The notes under the pieces were generated by a model that was given only the letters and a program-made list of their open reading frames with translations, searched no databases and was not told the DNA's origin. A stretch of DNA of 64,000 nucleotides. Origin: Candidatus Velthaea sp. Its GTDB lineage: Bacteria > Vulcanimicrobiota > Vulcanimicrobiia > Vulcanimicrobiales > Vulcanimicrobiaceae. A program made the position numbers and the translations under genes. Of this stretch, positions 56,939 to 64,000 are shown piece after piece (the first letter of the stretch is position 1; every line of letters begins with the position of its first letter). The stretch is taken from positions 1 through 64,000 of the forward strand of contig CBDCCS010000015.1 in the NCBI GenBank assembly GCA_965214935.1. The letters run 5' to 3'.

Positions 56939-59139
56939 GTGACGGTTGCGCGCGGCAGTTGTTGCTGCGCGGGTATCGCACGAGCGTTTGCACGCTGCTT
57001 TTGCTGCTGTCGTGCAACGGGCCGGCGTATGCTGCAGCATTACCGGAAATTTTCGCGCCGGCGCCGTTTCCGCTCGTTCTCTCGCAGTGGGTAACGCGCG
57101 AGTTCGTCGCACCGGGCGCCGAGCGCGCGGTGTATCGCCTTCAGACGACTGCAGGGCCGCTCGTGGTCAATATCGTTCGCATCGACCCGCGCAACCCGAG
57201 CGTGCGGTTCGGCACCGTGCTTGCGCGCGACCGGATCGTGTCGGGCGGCGAAACGATATCGTCGATGGCCGCGCGGACGCATGCCGTGGCCGGCATCAAC
57301 GCCGACTACTTCGACATCGGCAATACGAATGCGCCGCTTGGCATGCTCGCGCAGAACGGCGCGCTCGTTCGAACGCCGAGTAGCCGCATCGCGCTCGCTG
57401 TCGGACGCGACCGCGACATCCGCTTTTCCGCGTATGCCTTTCACGGATCGGCTCACGTCAACGCCGGGCCGCCGATCGCGATCACCGGCGTCAATGAATG
57501 GCCGCCGCAAGGCGGCGCGTCGTTCCTCACACCGAGCTACGGCGTGCCGGCAGCCGCAGCCCAAACGCTGATCGCCGAACTGACGCCGCTTGCCGGCACC
57601 AACGATAGCGTACCGCCCGGCGGTCGATACCGCGTATCGCAAATCGATAATGGGACGGTACCCTTCGTTCCGAGCTACGGTCTGGCACTTGGACCGGCGG
57701 CGCAACAGGCGGGCATCGTTCCGGACGTCGGCGACATCATCGACGTCAACCTCGCGACCGATCCGCCGCTGACCGGCGTGCTGCAAGCGATCGGCGGCGG
57801 GCCGGCGCTGCTGACCGACGGCGTCGCGGTCGACGATCCGGCATCGCCGGGCTACGCTACGCGCGCCCGGCGCATCCCGGCGGCCGCGGCAGCGCGGCTG
57901 GCCGACGGCACGCTCGCGCTCGTCGTGGTCGATGGCCGGCGCCCCGCCACATCTGTCGGAGTTAATCGAGACGAACTCATCGCGCTGCTGACCGGGCTCG
58001 GCGCGACCGATGCAATGCAGTTCGACAGCGGCGGGTCGGCGACGCTCGTTGCGCGAGTGCTGGGTGATGAACGTGCAACGGTCCTCAACGAGCCGTCGGA
58101 CGGTATCGAACGGCCGGTTGCCGACGGTTTTTTCATGTATAGCGATGCACCGGTTGGTCCGCCCTCACGGCTCGTCGTGCGGCCAAGCTCGATCGAAGCA
58201 TTGCCCGACGTTGCGATTCCGTTGCAGGCGTCGGTTGCCGACGCCGCCGGGCATGCGCTGGGCGTGGCGCGCGGAGCGTGGCATGTCGCCGGCAACGTTG
58301 CGCGCATTGACGATCGAGACGTGCTGCACGTGCCGGGCCGGCCGATTACGACGGTCTTGCATGTCGACCGCGGCGGCGTTAGCGCCGACGTTCCGCTCGA
58401 AATCGTTCCGAACGTTACGCGCATCGTTATTACGCCCGACCGTCCGAATCCCGATAGCGGGGCAACCGTCGCGCTGCACGCGCAAGCGTTCGATCTGCGT
58501 GGCCGTCCGGTCGAGACCGGCGATCGGGTGCGCTGGAGCGCGCTGCACGGCACGATCCGGTCCGACGGCGTCTTCACCGCCGGACCGGCCGACGGCTTTG
58601 TTTCCGCGGCGCTCGGGGCGATCGAGTCGAGCGAAACAATCCCGGTCGGGCGACACGTGACGCCCCTTGCGAGCTTTGCCGAGGCCGATCGCTCGGACTG
58701 GACGTTCTCGACCGTGCCGCCCGGCGGTCCCGGCCGGCTCGACTTCACTTCGCAGGGCACATTGCTGCTCCGATACGACTTCACCGGCAGCGAGCGCGCC
58801 GCTTACGCCGACGCCGCAATCTCGCTGGGCGAACCGCTGTCGATCTCGTGTGCAATTGACGGTGACGGCAGCGGTGCGGGCATCCGAATCGCCGTGATCG
58901 ATCGGTACGGCGAACGCACCGCCTTAACCTTAGTGAAAACCGTCGACTGGACCGGCGCCCAGCGCCGCGACGTGCGCGTTCCGCCGGCTTTGGCTCCACC
59001 GCTAATTCTGCGTTCGATCTATGCCGTCGGTTCACTCGGTCCGGCGCCCATCAAGTCCGCCGGCGTCTTGGGCATACGCGGCTGCGCGTTGAGCGTGCCC
59101 GGAGCGCACCCGCCGGGAACTGCGCTTCGTCTGCCGTAG
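56935..59139 (+). CDS. Secreted phosphodiester glycosidase (NAGPA/DUF2233) family protein with Ig-like and CBM-like domains
   Basis: AGINADYFD, GGGP, VVDGR, FDSGGS and PSDGIER.V motifs; start is CTG 56935 or TTG 56959. Confidence 0.85.
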   Translation: MSDGCARQLLLRGYRTSVCTLLLLLSCNGPAYAAALPEIFAPAPFPLVLSQWVTREFVAPGAERAVYRLQTTAGPLVVNIVRIDPRNPSVRFGTVLARDRIVSGGETISSMAARTHAVAGINADYFDIGNTNAPLGMLAQNGALVRTPSSRIALAVGRDRDIRFSAYAFHGSAHVNAGPPIAITGVNEWPPQGGASFLTPSYGVPAAAAQTLIAELTPLAGTNDSVPPGGRYRVSQIDNGTVPFVPSYGLALGPAAQQAGIVPDVGDIIDVNLATDPPLTGVLQAIGGGPALLTDGVAVDDPASPGYATRARRIPAAAAARLADGTLALVVVDGRRPATSVGVNRDELIALLTGLGATDAMQFDSGGSATLVARVLGDERATVLNEPSDGIERPVADGFFMYSDAPVGPPSRLVVRPSSIEALPDVAIPLQASVADAAGHALGVARGAWHVAGNVARIDDRDVLHVPGRPITTVLHVDRGGVSADVPLEIVPNVTRIVITPDRPNPDSGATVALHAQAFDLRGRPVETGDRVRWSALHGTIRSDGVFTAGPADGFVSAALGAIESSETIPVGRHVTPLASFAEADRSDWTFSTVPPGGPGRLDFTSQGTLLLRYDFTGSERAAYADAAISLGEPLSISCAIDGDGSGAGIRIAVIDRYGERTALTLVKTVDWTGAQRRDVRVPPALAPPLILRSIYAVGSLGPAPIKSAGVLGIRGCALSVPGAHPPGTALRLP

Positions 59140-59149
59140 AGCCGAGGGG

Positions 59150-60601
59150 ATGCAGTTTGCTTCTTTGGGCTTGCGCGTAATCGACACGGCAATGACGCTC
59201 GGAGCGGCGTACTGCGACGTGCGCTTCGAGCTTGGCCGTAGCGAGCGCGCCGAGGTCCGCAACGGTGACGTCAGCGGCCTGTCCGACGAACGTAGTGACG
59301 GCTACGGCATTCGGGCGCTCGTCGACGGAGCATGGGGCTTTGCCGCCGCCGACGATTTCAACGATGCGGCGCTCGATGCCGCAACGGCGCGGGCCGTCGC
59401 TGCGGCGCGTGCCGCGTCGGCAATCTCGGCGCGCCGCATCGGCGAGATTCCGACCGACCGGTATATCGATACGTTCGTCACGCCCGTGGAACGCGCGCCG
59501 AAGACGGTTTCGCTCGGCGAGCGGCTTGCACTCTTACTCGACGCCGAGAAACTGCTCCATTGTGCACCGACGATCAGCGTCGGCCGCGCCTGGCTGGATC
59601 TATGGTCGACGCAGAAGTTTTTCTTCTCTTCGACCGGGTCGCAGATCGAGCAGACGATCGTGCAAAGCGGCAGCGGAATGGCGGCGCTGGCCGTCGGCGG
59701 CGGCGACGCGCAGATGCGTATGTGGCCGGGCGATCGCGGCCTGTACCAGGGCGGCGGCTGGGAAATCATCGAGGCCGCGCAATTGCGTGACAACGCGCAG
59801 CGGACCGGCGAGGAAGCGCATGCGCTGTTGAGCGCACCGCAATGTCCGAGCGGTGTGATGGACATCGTGCTCGGCGGCTCGCAAGTTTCGCTGCAAATCC
59901 ACGAATCGTGCGGGCACGCCGCCGAACTCGACCGGATCATGGGTTGGGAAGCGAATTTTAGCGGGACGAGCTTTCTGACGCCGGCCGGACTCGGCACACT
60001 ACGCTACGGTTCGGATCTGGTCACCATTCAGATCGATAACACGCTTCCGCGTGGTATTGCAACCGCCGGATACGACGATGAAGGGACGAAAAGCGTCGTG
60101 TCCGATATCATCCGCGACGGCGTGCTGACCGGCTTTGAAACCTCACGCGATACGGCGCGGACCCTCGGGCGGGCGTCGAATGCTTGCGTGCGCGCGCAGA
60201 GCTGGATGCACGTGCCGATGATCCGTATGTGCAATCTTAATTTGTTGCCGGGCGAAACGCCGTTCGAGGCGCTGTTCGGCGATATCGATCGCGGCGTATA
60301 CATGGAGGCAAACCGGTCGTGGTCGATCGACGACCGGCGGCTCAACTTTCAATTCGGATGTCAGATCGGCTGGGAGATTCGCAACGGCAAACGCGGCCGG
60401 ATGCTAAAAAATCCGACGTACGCCGGCGTGACGCCGCAATTCTGGAACAGCTGCGATGCCGTCGGCGACCAGGCATCGTGGTTCGCCTGGGGGACGCCGA
60501 ATTGCGGCAAAGGCGAACCGATGCAGACCGGGCGCACGACGCAAGCCGCGGCACCCGCACGGTTTCGTAACGTGACGGTCGGAGTCGGCTATGACGGCTG
60601 A
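59150..60601 (+). CDS. tldD: TldD metalloprotease subunit
   Basis: HESCGH, YDDEG, P..RMCN and CGKGEP motifs. Confidence 0.92.
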   Translation: MQFASLGLRVIDTAMTLGAAYCDVRFELGRSERAEVRNGDVSGLSDERSDGYGIRALVDGAWGFAAADDFNDAALDAATARAVAAARAASAISARRIGEIPTDRYIDTFVTPVERAPKTVSLGERLALLLDAEKLLHCAPTISVGRAWLDLWSTQKFFFSSTGSQIEQTIVQSGSGMAALAVGGGDAQMRMWPGDRGLYQGGGWEIIEAAQLRDNAQRTGEEAHALLSAPQCPSGVMDIVLGGSQVSLQIHESCGHAAELDRIMGWEANFSGTSFLTPAGLGTLRYGSDLVTIQIDNTLPRGIATAGYDDEGTKSVVSDIIRDGVLTGFETSRDTARTLGRASNACVRAQSWMHVPMIRMCNLNLLPGETPFEALFGDIDRGVYMEANRSWSIDDRRLNFQFGCQIGWEIRNGKRGRMLKNPTYAGVTPQFWNSCDAVGDQASWFAWGTPNCGKGEPMQTGRTTQAAAPARFRNVTVGVGYDG

Positions 60602-61922
60602 AGAACGCGCGCAGGTTGCCCGGCGCGTGCTCGCGCGCTCGCAAGCAGACGCAACCGAAGTGACCGTTACCGCCGGATTTCAAGGCTTGACCCGTTTTAC
60701 GCGCGAGGCCGTTACCCACAATATCGATCGTACCGAACGTGCGATTCGCATCCGCGCGATCGTGGATGGCCGGATCGGAATCGCGGCAACGAACGCATTC
60801 GACGATGCCGCACTCGACGTCGCGGTTCGCCGCGCGGCTGAGATCGCACGCTTTGCTCCGCGCGAATCGATCCCGCCGCAGCTCGCGCACGATGCCGTTG
60901 CCGCAGCCGCGACACCGGCCTACGTCGCGGCGACGGCGGCAGCAACACCGGCCGAACGTGCGCGGCTCGCCGCCGCGATGTTCGCTCATGCGGCGACAAA
61001 TGAATTATGGTCATCGGGTTACGCGACGACGGCGCACGACGGCACCACGATCGTCAACTCCAACGGCGTTTGCGCGTCGTTCGACGGCACCGACGCCGGG
61101 GCGAATATCAAGATGAACGCAACCGATGCAACCGGTTTCGCCGAGGCATACTCGCCCGACGTCGACGTGCTCGACGGTGATGCGATCGGCCTCCGAGCGG
61201 CCGGCATTGCGCTACGGACGCGCCGCCCGATCGGTGTCGAGCCGGGTGATTGGACGGTCATTCTCTCACCCGCGGCGGCCGGCGAATTACTGCGCTTCGT
61301 AACGCAGCACTTTTCGGCCGAGACGTACAGTGACGGCTCATCGTTCATTTCGGGCAAACTCGGTACGGCGGTCGTCGGCAGCAACGTCACGATTCTCGAT
61401 GATTGTACGCACGCGCTTAATCCCGGGATGCCGTTCGATGCGCAAGCGGTTTCCAAACAACGGATCGAACTCGTCCGCAACGGCGTTGCAACCGATATCG
61501 TCACCGATTCGACTTGGGCCGCGCGCTTGAATCGGCGCAACACCGGCCACGCTTTGCCGGCTCCGAATGTCGGCGGACCGCAGTCGAATTCGACGGTCGT
61601 CGAACCGGGCCCAAAGTCGCTCGAGACGCTCGTTGCCGAGACGCAGCGCGGTCTGCTTATCACGCGGCTCTGGTACGTCCGCAGCGTCGATCAACGCACG
61701 TTGCTCTTGACGGGCATGACGCGCGACGGCACGTTCCTCATCGAAAACGGCAAGCTGCAAGGCGGCGTGCACAACATGCGTTTCAACGCGTCGATGATCG
61801 CCGCACTCGCCGACTGTGAACTCGCCGACACGCAAATGCGCACCGGCGGCTACCATTACTCCCTCGTCACGCCGGCAATCAAATTTCCGCGCTTCCACTT
61901 TGCCAGCGCTTCACCGTATTAG
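60591..61922 (+). CDS. pmbA: PmbA/TldE subunit
   Basis: TldD/PmbA fold without HExxxH; NTGHA and TGMTRDG motifs; overlaps tldD. Confidence 0.88.
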   Translation: MTAEERAQVARRVLARSQADATEVTVTAGFQGLTRFTREAVTHNIDRTERAIRIRAIVDGRIGIAATNAFDDAALDVAVRRAAEIARFAPRESIPPQLAHDAVAAAATPAYVAATAAATPAERARLAAAMFAHAATNELWSSGYATTAHDGTTIVNSNGVCASFDGTDAGANIKMNATDATGFAEAYSPDVDVLDGDAIGLRAAGIALRTRRPIGVEPGDWTVILSPAAAGELLRFVTQHFSAETYSDGSSFISGKLGTAVVGSNVTILDDCTHALNPGMPFDAQAVSKQRIELVRNGVATDIVTDSTWAARLNRRNTGHALPAPNVGGPQSNSTVVEPGPKSLETLVAETQRGLLITRLWYVRSVDQRTLLLTGMTRDGTFLIENGKLQGGVHNMRFNASMIAALADCELADTQMRTGGYHYSLVTPAIKFPRFHFASASPY

Positions 61923-61955
61923 AGCAAGCGGACTGCCGGGTCGGGAGAACGCCGC

Positions 61956-62924
61956 TCAGCCGTTCGCGTCGGCGACGTCACGCGTGACCGCGATCGGCTT
62001 CGTGCGCCGCGGCCGCACGAGCGCGGTGCCGATCCCGCCGATGAAAATCAGCGAGCCGATCGCCAGCACCGCCGGATGCGGCGACGACGCGACCATCAAC
62101 TGCGGATAGGTGCCCAGAGTCGCGGTGAGCGCAATGTCACCCGCGGCGACCTGCCGGCCCGACGGCGCGATCGTCAAACCGATGCTCTTCCCGGTATCAT
62201 CGTTGACGGATAACACGAGCGCCGGCTGACGCGATCCCAGATGATTGAATGTTTGCGCGTCGTCGGCACTAAAATACAGCGCACGCACGATGCGATGTAA
62301 CCCGGGTGTCGCAAACGTATCGAGCGGATACGACTTATCTTTAATCGCCTGTTGCTGCGGAAAAAGCAGAACCGGCGACAAAAACGACGCACTGTTGGGC
62401 TGCGTCACCGTGACGGGATTACCGCGTGCGTCGCGCGCAACGATATACGCGGCCGGACGCTGCTGCAAGTAGACGATCGAGGTGCCGAGATAGACGTGAC
62501 CGCCATCCGGTACGGCGATCGGATCGGCATTCTTCCGGCGCAACGCGACGCTCGCATCTCCACGCGCAATCGCTGCCGGATCGGCTTGGCTGAAAAACGC
62601 GGCTGCTTGTAAGTCGGGAACCGGCGTTACCGTACCGGGCGATCCGCCGACGGCGACGGTATCGGGGCCGATGAGCCCGGAAGCAAGACCGCCGATCGCG
62701 ACCATCAACGCACCGGTCAATCCGAGCGCGACGCGCCGCCCGGCAACACCATCGCCGCCGCTGCGCGCGCTCCACGCATAACCGGCCATGACGATCGCGG
62801 CAATCGTAAGCAAAGCCGCATACTGCCAGGTATGGTACACATCGAGCCCCGGCCGCACGTCTTGAGCGAACGTCAGCGCGATCGCGATGAGCGCGATTGC
62901 TATCGTCGAGCCGCGCGAATTCAT
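61956..62924 (-). CDS. Membrane protein, divergent ResB/Ccs1-like
   Basis: N-terminal TM helices with LDVYHTW, an extracytoplasmic domain, and C-terminal QLMVASSP plus a TM helix; ATGA-coupled to the ResA/TlpA gene. Confidence 0.55.
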   Translation of the reverse strand: MNSRGSTIAIALIAIALTFAQDVRPGLDVYHTWQYAALLTIAAIVMAGYAWSARSGGDGVAGRRVALGLTGALMVAIGGLASGLIGPDTVAVGGSPGTVTPVPDLQAAAFFSQADPAAIARGDASVALRRKNADPIAVPDGGHVYLGTSIVYLQQRPAAYIVARDARGNPVTVTQPNSASFLSPVLLFPQQQAIKDKSYPLDTFATPGLHRIVRALYFSADDAQTFNHLGSRQPALVLSVNDDTGKSIGLTIAPSGRQVAAGDIALTATLGTYPQLMVASSPHPAVLAIGSLIFIGGIGTALVRPRRTKPIAVTRDVADANG

Positions 62925-63460
62925 CGCACGTGCAAGGCCGGTCCGACCGCATCGCGCATTTGCGCTAGGCTCAGCGCACCATCGATGCCGCGCACGACAT
63001 GACCGCTACGATCGACGATGACCGTCGTCGGCAAGCCGATGGCGGCATAGCTTCGCCCGTATTGCTGATCCGCGTCGAGCAGAATCGGAAACGTCACGCC
63101 GTGCGCGCGGGCAAAAGCGCCGGTGGCGGCGGCCGACTCACCTTGATCGACCCCGAGCACAACGACCCCTTTGGATTTCATCTCTTGCGAAAATCGCTGC
63201 AGATCGGGCATCTCTTCACGACACGGCGGACACCACGTCGCCCATAGATTCATGAGGACGACCGACCCGCGGTAGCGATCGAGCGCATCGGTCCGGCCGT
63301 CTAAGCGTTTGACGTCGTAACTTGCCGCGGGCGCGCCGGTTAGACCGCCCGGACCGCCCGTGCTGCCGTCGAGCGTGCGTTTCGGTCCGCCGCCGGAATA
63401 ACAACCCGTTGCAAGAACCGAAATGACGATTGCCGCGGCAAAGGCGGGCATACAACGCAT
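62921..63460 (-). CDS. TlpA/ResA-family thiol-disulfide oxidoreductase lipoprotein
   Basis: Lipobox LATGC; NLWATWCPPCREEMP; GLPTT. Confidence 0.92.
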   Translation of the reverse strand: MRCMPAFAAAIVISVLATGCYSGGGPKRTLDGSTGGPGGLTGAPAASYDVKRLDGRTDALDRYRGSVVLMNLWATWCPPCREEMPDLQRFSQEMKSKGVVVLGVDQGESAAATGAFARAHGVTFPILLDADQQYGRSYAAIGLPTTVIVDRSGHVVRGIDGALSLAQMRDAVGPALHVR

Positions 63461-63496
63461 CCGGCGATCTTCGCGCCGGTACCGATAGGTTCTTAT

Positions 63497-64000
63497 GTGA
63501 ACGTTACAAACGCGCCGCGCTGGCGTACGCGCCCGATCGTTGCAGCCGGACTCAAGATCGTCGGCTACGAAGCGGGCAACCCCGACCCGCAAGCCCCCAC
63601 CCTTGTCCTCGTGCATGGATTGGGCCACTGGACGCAGGCCGCCTGGGACGTGCTCCTGCCGCTGCTCGATCCGCAGTTGCGGATCGTCGCGTTTGATTTG
63701 CCGGGCTTCGGCCGGAGTGAAAAGCCGGACGTACGCTATGACACCGCCTTTTTCTCAGGCGTCGTCGGCGCCGTGCTCGATCGGCTGGCACCCGATCGCA
63801 TGTGGCTCTGCGGACACTCGCTAGGCGGCTATATCGCCGCGACCTACGCAGCCGACCATCCGGACCGGGTCGACAAGCTTGTCCTGGTCGCACCGGCCGG
63901 CTTTTTACGTGCAGCCCGCTTCCTGTACGCCATGCTCGGCAGTCAAGTTGCTCGCTGGCTCTTCACTCGCCGTCCCGGACGGCGCTTTCTCGAGCGCACG
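63497..64000 (+). CDS. Alpha/beta hydrolase; partial, runs off the window's right edge
   Basis: LVLVHGLG, FDLPGFGRS and GHSLGG in an open frame from GTG 63497. Confidence 0.9.
   Translation, partial: MNVTNAPRWRTRPIVAAGLKIVGYEAGNPDPQAPTLVLVHGLGHWTQAAWDVLLPLLDPQLRIVAFDLPGFGRSEKPDVRYDTAFFSGVVGAVLDRLAPDRMWLCGHSLGGYIAATYAADHPDRVDKLVLVAPAGFLRAARFLYAMLGSQVARWLFTRRPGRRFLERT

Noticed and set aside
59150..61922. RiPP (microcin-like) cluster around tldD-pmbA
   Set aside because: No precursor peptide, YcaO or other modifying enzyme is adjacent.

Overview
A gene-dense, GC-rich bacterial chromosome segment. Gene content suggests Ca. Eremiobacterota/Vulcanimicrobiota, but that is an inference. I see no rRNA, tRNA, CRISPR array or mobile element. 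The core is the conserved miaB-mutS-mutL-miaA-hfq cluster (interrupted by inserted genes), plus dapF, der-plsY, efp, pheA, a partial inositol set (iolC, iolD, iolE), ndh and tldD-pmbA. It also holds an MFP-TolC-AhbAB-like-3x peptide-SBP operon, a YqcI/YcgG + DUF1989 pair and several envelope proteins. Main observations: (1) Three genes, plus a weaker fourth case, lack a usable canonical start; their homology-supported N-termini begin at an NTA codon (GTA, CTA, ATA) that overlaps the upstream stop exactly like ATGA coupling. (2) A heme N-hydroxylase-family gene is coupled to a carboxyguanidine-deiminase-family gene. (3) The TolC carries an ~82-residue Thr-Gly repeat in a predicted outer loop. 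(4) Four SigB/SigF-like promoters suggest a stress regulon. (5) A shortened ResB-like protein that appears to lack the heme His sits next to ResA/TlpA. (6) A truly decayed MarR-cupin pair keeps its operator repeats. (7) There is an unannotated 57-aa membrane peptide. Single-base indels in short base runs split the radical SAM gene (three) and mutL (one); these are most likely sequencing errors.
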